The notes: a model not told the origin generated them from the sequence alone. A DNA stretch of 64,000 bases from a virus (IMGVR_UViG_2529292852_000001:32714-96713), one strand, 5' to 3'; shown: positions 38,493-48,449, counted from the stretch's first letter. Numbers and translations: made by a program.

Positions 38493-38765
38493 CTAGTATT
38501 CGTCCTCGTCTTCGTCATCATCTTCATCAAATAAGTCATGAATGCCTAAGTTATCGAGCAGTAAGCTTACGATTAAGATTTTTACATCTTCGTGTAATGG
38601 TTCAAACAAAGATGTGATAACCTTAATAGCTGTTTCAGAGCCTAGTTGACCCTCCATCATAGTTCTTTCATCTTTTCTAAGTACCATCAAAGTTTCGTTA
38701 TAACCTGCGTCTTGCAGTAATTTAGTAGTTTCATCAGCAATTTTTTTAATTTCGCTTGAACTCAT
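38493..38765 (-). CDS. Small acidic protein (poly-D/E tail)
   Basis: 90 aa, C-terminus DEDDDEDEDEY. Confidence 0.35.
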   Translation of the reverse strand: MSSSEIKKIADETTKLLQDAGYNETLMVLRKDERTMMEGQLGSETAIKVITSLFEPLHEDVKILIVSLLLDNLGIHDLFDEDDDEDEDEY

Positions 38766-38781
38766 CTATAAGCCTTCTTTC

Positions 38782-39537
38782 TTAGTCTATATTTTCTTGG
38801 TATGGATCGTATTTCCAAATATAAGTCCAACGATCGTCTATCCATTCTCGTTTACTTAAAATCGTGCCTTGGTTATCAAGCATGGTGTACTTCCAGTGCA
38901 AACCGTCGCTTTCTTGCCAAACAAACGCTAACCAAATAATGTCTTGCTTGTTTGACATACGTAAGATGTAAGTTTCAAACGTGTTCATTGGTGTACGGTT
39001 TAGCCAACTGTCAAAATCAATAAGTAAACCCTTGTGTCTTTCAATGCCTGTAATCTGCGATGAAATTAAGTGTGTTCTATCAACGTGATTAGGACTTAGG
39101 CTACCTGTAATCTTAGAGTTAGGATTTTCTGAATTTAAGTCAGCAACAATGTAAGACTCATGCTTAACTCTTTGACTTTTAGTAGCACTTTTTTCAATTG
39201 CAGGAAAATGTCCCCTCGTATTTTTGCCATTTCTTTGTCGCCAAGCTTCTCTAAACTTTTCTTCACTGTCGATACCGTTAGCAATCAAGTCTAAATAATC
39301 TCGGTTATAAGCAAAGCCAGTATTTTGTTTTACGTACACACAAGCAACGTGATGTGTTGGTGTGTGTTGCCACAAAACCGTGTTAGGATCTACTTGATTA
39401 ATGTATTTTAAAGCCTTAGATAAGCTAAAAATATTGGCACTGGTTACTTCATAAACATCAGTGCCGCCATTGTTAACATTATCTAAAATCGTATTAAACT
39501 TTTTTATTGCATAATCTCGAGTAATGATTTTAACCAC
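38782..39537 (-). CDS. Hypothetical protein, possible DNA/RNA non-specific endonuclease (weak)
   Basis: NHVDRTHLISS loosely resembles the DRGH motif of beta-beta-alpha-Me nucleases. Sits directly downstream (minus strand) of a scaffold plus solo repeat. Confidence 0.3.
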   Translation of the reverse strand: MVKIITRDYAIKKFNTILDNVNNGGTDVYEVTSANIFSLSKALKYINQVDPNTVLWQHTPTHHVACVYVKQNTGFAYNRDYLDLIANGIDSEEKFREAWRQRNGKNTRGHFPAIEKSATKSQRVKHESYIVADLNSENPNSKITGSLSPNHVDRTHLISSQITGIERHKGLLIDFDSWLNRTPMNTFETYILRMSNKQDIIWLAFVWQESDGLHWKYTMLDNQGTILSKREWIDDRWTYIWKYDPYQENID

Positions 39538-39557
39538 CTCCTTGATATAATCATTTA

Positions 39558-39719
39558 GTCTTAGCTTATGCTTTCAACTAGGATCAGAACCTATATCCAA
39601 TTGTGACATAAGCTTCCTGGGAACTCTTTGTACTTGCAATGCCGCTAACTAAGTAATCTAAATTGTAGCACTGTAGAGGTTGAAGATATTAACCAAGCTG
39701 AAAAGAACAAGCGTCCTTC
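39558..39719 (-). ncRNA. Degenerate solo repeat (39558-39590) + scaffold copy (39591-39719), directly upstream of gene 38782-39537
   Basis: ...TTCAACTAGGATCAGAAC then CTATATCCAATTGTGACATAAGCTTCCTGGGAACTC...GAAAAGAACAAGCGTCCTTC. Confidence 0.45.
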
Positions 39720-39786
39720 AAATAGCGATGGCAGGAGTCGAACCTGTATCTCATGCCTTGCTCTACCGTTGAGCTACATCGCTACG
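39720..39786 (-). ncRNA. tRNA-like element with a canonical D-arm and T-arm, no anticodon arm
   Basis: Minus strand GCGATGTAGCTCAACGGTAGAGCAAGGCATGAGATACAGGTTCGACTCCTGCCATCGCT. Confidence 0.45.
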
Positions 39787-39869
39787 CTTACACTTTTTAT
39801 TTTAGGGAGGAAAAAGTGTAGCCCCATACACATTCCGATTAGTTGGCTCGCCCTTGTTTTTCAACAAGG

Positions 39870-40860
39870 ACAATTGGCACTGGTAGGATCGAACTACCAT
39901 TAAGCAACCGTGCGTGCCAACCGTGAATTAATGTTATGATTTATTTAGGGCTTATTTTTGCCCTATTGGCAAACAAGGAGTCGAACCTTGACGTCACAAC
40001 CGTGTTACCAACTGTATTTCCAAAGGTGAACTAACGAAATACAAGGAACTGTCTTGCAAACACCCACTCTTGTCAGATGTACAGTCTTAGTTTGTTTAAC
40101 AGTTCGTTTTGACTTTTTTCATGGCCCTGTACAGGAGGCAAAGCCCAGCACCAAAAACAACATAAGGTAGGTAGTTAGGATTAACCTTAACCTATTGGCA
40201 CTAGCAGAGTCGAACCGCTATGAAAGCAACCGTGCGTGCCAACTTATTGAGAGAAAAAACTTTAAAGGAAAGATATTTTTGTTGTCCCACTAGGGTTATT
40301 TTCGCCTTCGTTTTACCAAAGGCAATTAGCACCAGTGGAGTCGAACCACTGTAAAAGCAACCGTACGTGCCAACCAAATCATAAATATTAAATCAAGGAG
40401 TTATGTTAGTTAGAGTAATTTTTTTATTACTCTAAAGAGAAAAAGTTTTGAGTTTGTAGCTTAATGCTACAATTGGCACTAACAGAATCGAACTGTTACA
40501 AGACAACCATGCGTGCCAGCCGATAAGTAACTTTTAAAAAAGGAGTAATATACAACCATCTTAGGGTTTATTCAAGCCCTATTGGTGTTAGCGGAATCGA
40601 ACCGATATACAGCAACCATGCACACCAACCAATATTTTAAGAGTTTATATAATAAGGCATTTAAGCCTAAATAAGAGGAAATAGTTTTAGGGTTGTTACA
40701 CCCTATTGGTAGCCAAGGAATCGAACCTTGATACAACCACTCTACCAACCTATAAGTAATAGTTTAAGTGCAAGTGTGAATGCCACTGTGAAGCTTGTCA
40801 GTGGCAATAAGCATAGCTAGAGTCGAACTAGCTTTTATTCCAAAATGCTTGTTAGATAAA
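39870..40860 (-). repeat. Tandem array of 8 tRNA-like mini-elements (~48 nt each: 5-bp acceptor-like stem, 3-bp mini D-hairpin with a YGGT loop, T-arm with a GTTCGAYTC loop), spaced 60-120 nt apart, each followed on the minus strand by an AGGGTT..AACCCT hairpin
   Basis: Units at ~39873, 39962, 40193, 40323, 40468, 40573, 40697 and 40806. Stems covary while loops are conserved. Confidence 0.55.
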
Positions 40861-40870
40861 CCTGTGATAT

Positions 40871-40964
40871 GTCTTATCTTATGTTTGTTTTAGCTAAGTT
40901 CAGAACATAACTCTCTACACAGTATTCTGTCTTATACTTACGTCATTTTAACTAGGTTCAAAAT
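40871..40964 (-). CRISPR. Two degenerate repeats with a 22-nt spacer (array remnant)
   Basis: GTCTTATCTTATGTTTGTTTTAGCTAAGTTCAGAAC and GTCTTATACTTACGTCATTTTAACTAGGTTCAAAAT. Confidence 0.35.
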
Positions 40965-41221
40965 GTCAAGAAATATATATATCCTATGTCAACTGCCCCA
41001 GTCTAAAGACATGGAGCTTGTAACTCACGACCTTACGGTCAGTGGTAATAACGCAACTTCGTTGCTCCCACACTATACATGGCTACATCATTGGGTGGTT
41101 GACAACACCCACTTAACTAACACGTTTACGCATTAGTTGTTAATTCAAATTTAGGTTGTTCTTGTCCACTAATATACTGAGTTCCAAGTAATTGGATATT
41201 CATTGATATGGTGGTCTTTTA
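40965..41221. other. Unassigned ~260-nt noncoding segment, relatively GC-rich. Possible structured RNA
   Basis: No ORF. Lies between a scaffold and the repeat remnant. Weak similarity to part of 28198-28862. Confidence 0.2.
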
Positions 41222-41377
41222 CCTATAATAATTCAATTAGGATCAGAACCTATATTTAATTGTGACACAAGCTTCTTGGGAACTTTCCATGCTTGCGATG
41301 TTTTACCGTTAGATTAACCAACGTTACACCGTAGAGGCTAGAAATATTTACCAAGCTGTCAAGAACAAGCGTCCTCC
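41222..41377 (-). ncRNA. Degenerate solo repeat + scaffold copy
   Basis: ...AATTAGGATCAGAAC then CTATATTTAATTGTGACACAAGCTTCTTGGGAACT...GTCAAGAACAAGCGTCCTCC. Confidence 0.45.
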
Positions 41378-41900
41378 AATTAGCACTAACGGAATTGAAC
41401 CGTTATTACAGCAACCATGCGTGCCAACTCAATAATTACTATAGAAAGGTTTTACTATGGCAAAACACTAGCATTACCATCTTTTAGGGTTTATCCAACC
41501 CTATTGGCACTAGCGGAGTCGAACCGCTATGAAAGTAACCGTACGTGCCAGCCGTAAGTCGAATCGAATATATAAAGGAGTAAAGAGATGCGAGTATTCG
41601 CAATCTTTTAGGGTCTGTTTCAACCCTATTGGCAGCCAAGGACTTGAACCTTGATGCAACCATTCTGCCAACCAATTTAATTAATTCAATAAAATAAAGG
41701 AGAATAGGGTCTATGGCAACCCTATTGGCACTGGTAGAATCGAACCACCATAAAAGCAACCATGCGTGCCACACCCAGTTAGTAAGTAACATATAATAAA
41801 AGGAGCGATGCAAACAATGTTTGCAGCCTAGAGCTAAGCTTAACCTAGCTCTAATTAGCAGGTAGGGAATCGAACCCTAGCTTAAGCAACCATGCCTGCT
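41378..41900 (-). repeat. Tandem array of 5 more tRNA-like mini-elements with preceding AGGGTT..AACCCT hairpins
   Basis: Units at ~41385, 41498, 41617, 41716 and 41846 (e.g. GGCACTAGCGGAGTCGAACCGCTATGAAAGTAACCGTACGTGCCAGCC). Confidence 0.55.
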
Positions 41901-41909
41901 AGAAGATGA

Positions 41910-42971
41910 CTAAAATGGTAAGTCATCGTTACTGATAAAATCATCTTTTGGTTTATTGTCAGTATAGTTATCTAAAAAGCTTGAATAATCTTCTTTTTTT
42001 GTTTCATTTTCTGTAGCTGTAGAATTAGTATCAACTACTGGTTGATCGTTTAGAACTGATACAATCTTGCTCCAGTCTTCTGGTTGACCTAAGAATTTAG
42101 TTAATGTTTTGTTATCAACTACTCCTAAATTGCCTAATCTTTTAATTGTATTTGCTTTTACCACATTATGAGCAAGTAGTTTAGCTAACATTTGATCGTT
42201 TTCTTCAATTTCATTTTTATAATCAGCAATCAAATCAAGAATTTTCTTAGCTTTAACATTCATTCTCTCTTTTTTTTCTTCTGATAATTCTTTCAATGAA
42301 AATTTAGGAATAAAAGATCCACCGTTGGAATTAGGTGCAAAGTATTGTTCATCACTGTTTGAAGTAAATTCTTCAACCTTTAATAACTTACCTTTAATAA
42401 GTTCAGGTGCATTTCTAAAATCAAGATGTAATTGATTTAATAATCCAAAATACTTTTTGGGTGTAAGTTCTAAATAAGCTAAAACAATATTATTATTGAC
42501 TTTAGAAAAACTGGCTAAGTCTTCGTCTGTATTAATTAGTTTGTTATCTTTTTTAGTTAACAAACCAAAAATTCTACGTCGTTCTTTAACCTCTTCATTA
42601 GGGAAATTTTCCTTAAAGTTGTTACTACCACCTGGGTAAATACCTAAACTAGAACTTGTGCGTCCTTGAGCAGTATCTTTGTAGCGGTATAAATCATATA
42701 CACCTAGCAAAGATGGATTTGAAGAAATTCCTTTATCGCTTTTAGCAACTTTAGTCATAAATAATGGAATAAATTCATACGATTTAGCTTGAAGCATTTG
42801 TCCACGTTCTTTGTTATTTTCAGGAAATTGGATAGTTAACATACCTGATTGCCCATTATGGCGAAGATTTAAAATATCTACACCATTAGGTCTTAAAGGC
42901 ACTCCTGTTCGTGTTCCTTCATCTACATTTACCATTAAAGAGTCTAGTGTGTTCATAATAAAGTCCTCCAA
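41910..42971 (-). CDS. Hypothetical protein. Its stop directly abuts the tRNA-like array
   Basis: 353-aa ORF with RBS GGAGG. No recognised motif. Confidence 0.45.
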   Translation of the reverse strand: MEDFIMNTLDSLMVNVDEGTRTGVPLRPNGVDILNLRHNGQSGMLTIQFPENNKERGQMLQAKSYEFIPLFMTKVAKSDKGISSNPSLLGVYDLYRYKDTAQGRTSSSLGIYPGGSNNFKENFPNEEVKERRRIFGLLTKKDNKLINTDEDLASFSKVNNNIVLAYLELTPKKYFGLLNQLHLDFRNAPELIKGKLLKVEEFTSNSDEQYFAPNSNGGSFIPKFSLKELSEEKKERMNVKAKKILDLIADYKNEIEENDQMLAKLLAHNVVKANTIKRLGNLGVVDNKTLTKFLGQPEDWSKIVSVLNDQPVVDTNSTATENETKKEDYSSFLDNYTDNKPKDDFISNDDLPF

Positions 42972-43429
42972 ATTTTATATTAAATTGTTTAAAAAGTTTT
43001 TGTAGGCTTGAAATAAAGTGATTTAAATTGCAATTCTATAATAACACATTTCCTTATCTACGGTTATAATAATACACCTATTTTTCATTAAAAGCAATAC
43101 TTTTAATGAACTTTTTTAAAACAAATTAGTATACTTTTTATGCAATGAAAATTCCCTTCCTATATAAAAGTTAACAAAAAGTTCTTATTTTTATTAACTC
43201 TAAAATAAATTAAAAAGCCTATATCTTCGCTGTTATAGGGTTTATGTTGTAATTTAATTGCATCAAAATTACGTTTATTATAATTATGGTATTTTTTATT
43301 AACTTTTATTATTTACAAATGTATATAAAAATGTTAGTATTACATTGTAAATTTCTTTGGCACACATTCTACAACTAAATTAGTAGAAGGGTAGGCCTAA
43401 TCTTTTAATAAAGGAAGGTATAATAAATT

Positions 43430-44536
43430 ATGACTCAAAAGAAAAATCAACCAACAAACTTTTTTGCATTAGATATTGGTAACAAGCAAAGCAAACTTAA
43501 AAATAGTAAAGACAGTTATGTATTTCCATCATCTTTAATTAATCAAAGAGATGTAGCATCAGTTTTTTCAACATCTAAACCAGACGGTGTAATCGACTTA
43601 TCTTTAAATGGTGATACACAAAAATATTACTGGGGAGCTGGCATCTTAAATTACTCTCAAGATAAGATCCAAGACTCACTTGGTTTTGAAGGTAGATACC
43701 AACGTAATATCTATCGCTTGTTAAACGAATTTGCTTTAGCCTTTTTAGCAAAGGATTATATTGAAAGTGAATTAACAGCTGTATCAGTTATCGCAGGTGT
43801 TCCTACAGGCGATTATAATAAAGAAACAGTTGATGAAATTAAGAGCATCTTTTTAGAAAAAGACGGACAAGACTTTAAGCCACGTAGACATTTAGTTACG
43901 GTTGACGGCAAAGAAATAATTGTACGTGTGGTTCAAGTTTTGGTAGTACCACAGCCAATTGGAACATTCTATGATGTTGTTTTAAACGATGAATTAAAAC
44001 CTAATAGTAACAATGTAGCTTTAAATCGTGTTGGTATTATTGACGTTGGTGGTGGAACATTATTGTTAGATCAAATTATCAACGCTAATTTAGACCGTCA
44101 AGCACGCTTGCAACTACCAACTGGAGCAGATACTTTATACAATTCAGTTAAGTCTTTGATTGAACTTGAATTAGGCATCAGTCCTGACGTGCATAAAATT
44201 GAAGCAATGGTAAGAGATGGATTAGAACGTGGTTTTGATAATGCTAAGTTTGTCTATAAGCAATCAGCTAATAACATCTTTGATATTACAGAGTTAGTTT
44301 TAGGTGAAATCGACCACTATACTTCAAATGTAATTGACAAGGTTTATGGTGCATTTAAAAATATTGCTGAAATTGATACCTTATTAGTTACTGGTGGCAC
44401 ATCTAACATCTTAAATCACGATATGTTTGAAAAAGCTTTTGCTAAACAAGCTGCCGTAGTGTTTGTTGATAATGCTGAATATGCTAACGTTAACGGTTTT
44501 TTGAAGTATGACAAATACCTTAATAGTAACATGTAG
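43430..44536 (+). CDS. parM: ParM/StbA-type actin-like segregation ATPase
   Basis: Phosphate-1 ALDIGNKQSK and phosphate-2 IIDVGGGTLLLD motifs. 368 aa. Confidence 0.7.
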   Translation: MTQKKNQPTNFFALDIGNKQSKLKNSKDSYVFPSSLINQRDVASVFSTSKPDGVIDLSLNGDTQKYYWGAGILNYSQDKIQDSLGFEGRYQRNIYRLLNEFALAFLAKDYIESELTAVSVIAGVPTGDYNKETVDEIKSIFLEKDGQDFKPRRHLVTVDGKEIIVRVVQVLVVPQPIGTFYDVVLNDELKPNSNNVALNRVGIIDVGGGTLLLDQIINANLDRQARLQLPTGADTLYNSVKSLIELELGISPDVHKIEAMVRDGLERGFDNAKFVYKQSANNIFDITELVLGEIDHYTSNVIDKVYGAFKNIAEIDTLLVTGGTSNILNHDMFEKAFAKQAAVVFVDNAEYANVNGFLKYDKYLNSNM

Positions 44537-44643
44537 CATAATAGCTTAAGCTACTAAGACACTAATGTTAGAATATACGAATATACTAAGGCATAAGTAA
44601 ACAAATAGCTTTATGTTTTAGTTAACGAAAGGGTGTGAGGTGA

Positions 44644-45075
44644 TTGCCTGAGAAAAGAAAAGTTGGTCGTCCAGCTAAGAAAAACAAAAAGACTAAGCGT
44701 TTAGTAACTTTGATTGATCCGATCGAAGACGCTGATATTGTTGCTTTGTTGATTAAAGAAAAGAACAGAGGCGAAAACACATCTAATATCGTGCGTAGAG
44801 CCTTACGCTTTTACGCACATCAAGAGTTCTTAAATCAACATGAATACTTTGTTGAAAGACAAGCTAATTTAAACAATAATATGATTGCTAAAGATACAAG
44901 TGGATATAGCAATATAGATACTAGTGAACAAGAGAATAAATCTACTAGTGAATTTGTAGCTAAAGATACAAATAGCGCAAATAATAAACCAAAGCCAAAA
45001 ATTACTAAAATTAAAGCAGAAAACAATGATGATAATGTCTTGGATATATTAAACCAAGGATTCAAGCCTCTCTAA
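44644..45075 (+). CDS. ParR-like DNA-binding adaptor (RHH-like N-terminus), TTG start
   Basis: Basic N-terminus KVGRPAKKNKKTKRLVTLIDPIE. Immediately downstream of parM. Confidence 0.45.
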   Translation: MPEKRKVGRPAKKNKKTKRLVTLIDPIEDADIVALLIKEKNRGENTSNIVRRALRFYAHQEFLNQHEYFVERQANLNNNMIAKDTSGYSNIDTSEQENKSTSEFVAKDTNSANNKPKPKITKIKAENNDDNVLDILNQGFKPL

Positions 45076-45221
45076 TGTTTTCTTTCACTTTGCCACTGGT
45101 AGTTAATGCTACTGGTGGCTTTGTTAGTTTAGATATTTATATATTTGTAGCTTAGTATCTTAGTTGATAAATAACTTAAGATATACATGGCAAAAACAAT
45201 CAAGAAAAAGGAAGTGATAAA

Positions 45222-46469
45222 GTGAAAAAAGCAATTCATCTAACGTCAAAAGAACGTCAAATCTACTTAGCCTTATTATCGCCAGAACAACGTAAAACAC
45301 TGAATGAATACCGTAAATATAAGTATAATTCAGAAGTTCTAACAGAGTTCAGTCAAAGTGGTGGCGACTGGAAGTTCCTAGAAATGCAAATCAACTATAA
45401 TTACGATCCATCGCACCCACAAGACTCAACATTAAAATGTAGTTGTGGCAAAGGTGTTAAGTACCTGTATTATTGTCAGTCTAACATCACTAGTGAGGTC
45501 TTAGGTTTTGGTAGCGAACATCTCAAACAAGAAGCAGGCATCAGTAACGCTGTAGTTAGAGAAATTCTTAACGGTCAACATAGAATAGATCGAGGGTTAG
45601 ACGAAATCCTGTATTGGTACGCTAGAGGTTATACTTTTCCTAAGTTGATGTACGAGTTTGTCCAAGAGTTTGCTTATGATTGTGAAGTTGACGAATATTT
45701 CAAGGCTAAGGATCTAAAATTTCTAGCAGCGTTTGAAGAGCAAAATCTACCTATATACAACCGTGATTACAAGAAGTTAGAAAAGCTAGTTCAAGACGTA
45801 AACTCACGTAAAAGCAGCGAAGAATATGAACGCAAGCTTGAAGAAGAAGAAAAACTTAGAAAAGAACGTGAGGAAAAAGAACGTCAAGAAAGGAAAAAAC
45901 GTGAGCAAGAAGAGGCTGAAAGAAGAGCTGAAGAAGAACGTAAAGCAAGGATTGAAAAAGCTAAAAAAGAAGCTGAAATCAAAAGACTTAAAGAAAAGTT
46001 CAAGTACTATTTAGATGAGCAAGCTAACTGGGAAGAAAAGCATCAAACAAAGCTAGAAGAAAAAGCTAATCAAATTGATAGTTCCAAACGAAAACAAACT
46101 CTACGCAAAGACTTTTCAGGGCTTGCTAATAAACGAAAAGAAGTCACACGTAGAGCTAGACTATTGTTTGACAAGTTGTTTGATGAAGAAACAAGTGAAA
46201 TGTATGCTTTAGATCCAGATAATTACGGCTTAATCCTTGTTTTGTATGGAATCTTAGGGCAAGGTAAAACTAAAGCTAACGAAAGCGTCAATATCGCTAA
46301 TGTGGCCGTAGGTTTTGTCACACGCTTAGCTAAGAAGTTTGAGTACCCAGTCGAGCAAACAGATCAAGAGTTGTACCAACTTTATGACAAGCTTGTTGGT
46401 ATTTTGTTGTCTAAGGGTGTACTCAGAAGGCAAGGCAATAGGGTCGTGTATGGTGTAAATATACGGTAG
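45222..46469 (+). CDS. Hypothetical protein with a central KE-rich coiled coil
   Basis: 415 aa. An RKEREEKERQERKKREQEEAERRAEEERKAR stretch. Confidence 0.4.
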   Translation: MKKAIHLTSKERQIYLALLSPEQRKTLNEYRKYKYNSEVLTEFSQSGGDWKFLEMQINYNYDPSHPQDSTLKCSCGKGVKYLYYCQSNITSEVLGFGSEHLKQEAGISNAVVREILNGQHRIDRGLDEILYWYARGYTFPKLMYEFVQEFAYDCEVDEYFKAKDLKFLAAFEEQNLPIYNRDYKKLEKLVQDVNSRKSSEEYERKLEEEEKLRKEREEKERQERKKREQEEAERRAEEERKARIEKAKKEAEIKRLKEKFKYYLDEQANWEEKHQTKLEEKANQIDSSKRKQTLRKDFSGLANKRKEVTRRARLLFDKLFDEETSEMYALDPDNYGLILVLYGILGQGKTKANESVNIANVAVGFVTRLAKKFEYPVEQTDQELYQLYDKLVGILLSKGVLRRQGNRVVYGVNIR

Positions 46470-46707
46470 AATAATATCCAAGTATACAAGTAGCTTAATA
46501 TCTTAGTACATTATAGATATAAATATCTTAGTAGCTTATTTTCTACGAAAAATACACGATGTCGATAAGCTTTGTTATATCAGCGATATTTTATTTTCTC
46601 TGAAAAATACATTTCAATTTTTTATGTATTTTAGATATAAGTATACAAGTAGCTTAATATCTTAGTATCTTAAGACATAAAAATACAGTTAGAAAGGACG
46701 TGGTTAT

Positions 46708-48291
46708 TTGGCTTATGAATTATACGGTTATCAAAAAGAAATAATCTATAAGGTTTGGCATGAGTTTGCTCATGGAAAAAAGGCAGTTATGGTTGTTTCC
46801 CCAGCTGGTTCAGGTAAATCAGTGATTATTTCTGATATTATCAAAACATTAACTGACGAGAAAAAATATGTTTATTTTATGGTTCATCGGAAGGAATTAG
46901 TCGAGCAAATACGAGCTGACTTAATTGCATCTGATGTTAACATGGATTACGTAACGGTAACATCAGTAATTAAGCTTAAAAACAGGTTAGGTAAGTTGCC
47001 AGACCCTTATATGATTGTAACCGATGAAACACATCATTCTAAGGCTAACTCCTACATGGAAATATATAAATATTATGATAAAGCGTTAAGATTAGGTTTT
47101 ACCGCAACTCCAGTCAGACTTAGTGGCGAAGGCTTTAAAGACGTATATGATACGATGGTTGAGGGTAAGAGCGTCAAATGGTTGATCGAAAACCACTATC
47201 TAGCTCCATTCAAGTATTACTCATTGTCGGTTTTAAATAGAAAGAAGCTTAAGAAAAATCGTGGTGAATACACGAATAAATCAATTTCATCAGCCTTAGA
47301 TCAAGCCGATATTTTTGGCAAAGTAGTTGATACTTACCTTGATAAAGCTAAGGGTCAACAGGCTATTTTATATGCTCATAGCGTCGAGTTTTCCAAAAAG
47401 TATGCTAAGGAGTTCCAAGAAGCTGGCATTAGCGCTATTCATGTTGATAGCGAAACTCCAGCCGAAGAACGAGAAAGAATTATGACTGGGTTCAAAAACA
47501 AGGAATACCAGATTTTGTGCAACGTTGACCTAGTGTCAGAAGGGTTCAATGTTCCAGACTGTAACACGGTTATTCTCATGCGTCCAACTGAGTCGCTAAC
47601 AGTGTTTATTCAACAATCCATGCGAGGTATGCGATACCGTCCTAATAAACAGTCAATTATTATAGATCATGTCGGTAACTACTTAAAGCATGGTTTGCCT
47701 ACAACTGAGCATTTCTGGTCGTTAGAGAAAAGCAAAGACGAAGGTCAAGTCGAAAGCTGTTGTTGTAAAATCTGCAAAGGAGTTTTTGAAAACTGGTTAA
47801 CCAAAAAAGAAGATGGCATTGAGTATCGTGTTTGTCCTAACTGCGGTCATAGATTCATGGTATTTGAAAAAGAAGTAGAACCAAACACAGATAAAGTTGA
47901 AGACAAAGACGCTAAATTAGAAGAAATAACAGCAGAGGATCAAGAGTATTTGGAACTTAGAAAACTGGCTAATTCCAGTGTTAATTTCAAATGGAATATC
48001 AAACGCATTGTGGCAATCTTTGTTGCAAAGCATAAATTAAGCTTAATGGAAGGGGAAGTTCCAAAAATAAAATCACCTATCTATTTTGCAATAAGAAAGT
48101 TCTTAGAAATAAACGATTTGGAAACCTTGAATAAAGGCTGGTTATTCAACCAGTTAAAAGAAATATCAAACCATTATAATGATGAATACAAGGTTAATTA
48201 CAATTTTTTGGTGCAATACACAGAAAAGTTGATTCCAGAGTACCTTAACAAGCAAAGACAAGCTAAAAGAAGATACGGTTATCGCTGTTAA
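46708..48291 (+). CDS. SF2 DEAD/DEAH-box helicase (phage-type) with a C-terminal Cys4 ribbon
   Basis: Walker A SPAGSGKS, DEAH-like VTDETHHS, motif VI QQSMRGMR. CCKICK...CPNCGH. Confidence 0.75.
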   Translation: MAYELYGYQKEIIYKVWHEFAHGKKAVMVVSPAGSGKSVIISDIIKTLTDEKKYVYFMVHRKELVEQIRADLIASDVNMDYVTVTSVIKLKNRLGKLPDPYMIVTDETHHSKANSYMEIYKYYDKALRLGFTATPVRLSGEGFKDVYDTMVEGKSVKWLIENHYLAPFKYYSLSVLNRKKLKKNRGEYTNKSISSALDQADIFGKVVDTYLDKAKGQQAILYAHSVEFSKKYAKEFQEAGISAIHVDSETPAEERERIMTGFKNKEYQILCNVDLVSEGFNVPDCNTVILMRPTESLTVFIQQSMRGMRYRPNKQSIIIDHVGNYLKHGLPTTEHFWSLEKSKDEGQVESCCCKICKGVFENWLTKKEDGIEYRVCPNCGHRFMVFEKEVEPNTDKVEDKDAKLEEITAEDQEYLELRKLANSSVNFKWNIKRIVAIFVAKHKLSLMEGEVPKIKSPIYFAIRKFLEINDLETLNKGWLFNQLKEISNHYNDEYKVNYNFLVQYTEKLIPEYLNKQRQAKRRYGYRC

Positions 48292-48449
48292 TATCTAAGT
48301 ATCTAAATGTATAAGTGTCTTAAGATACTTATATACTAAGTCATTAATAAATGTAGTCGCAAAGCTATAAATAACGTAAGCCATAACGCTATATTTTGTT
48401 TTAATTATTTATTTTATATCAAACTATGTTATATGATATAATTTATAGT

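Noticed and set aside
27375-41900. The tRNA-like units as bona fide tRNA genes
   Set aside because: All lack an anticodon stem-loop (only 10-17 nt between the D and T arms) and most lack a full D-arm. They cannot decode. Only the T-arm and acceptor features are conserved.
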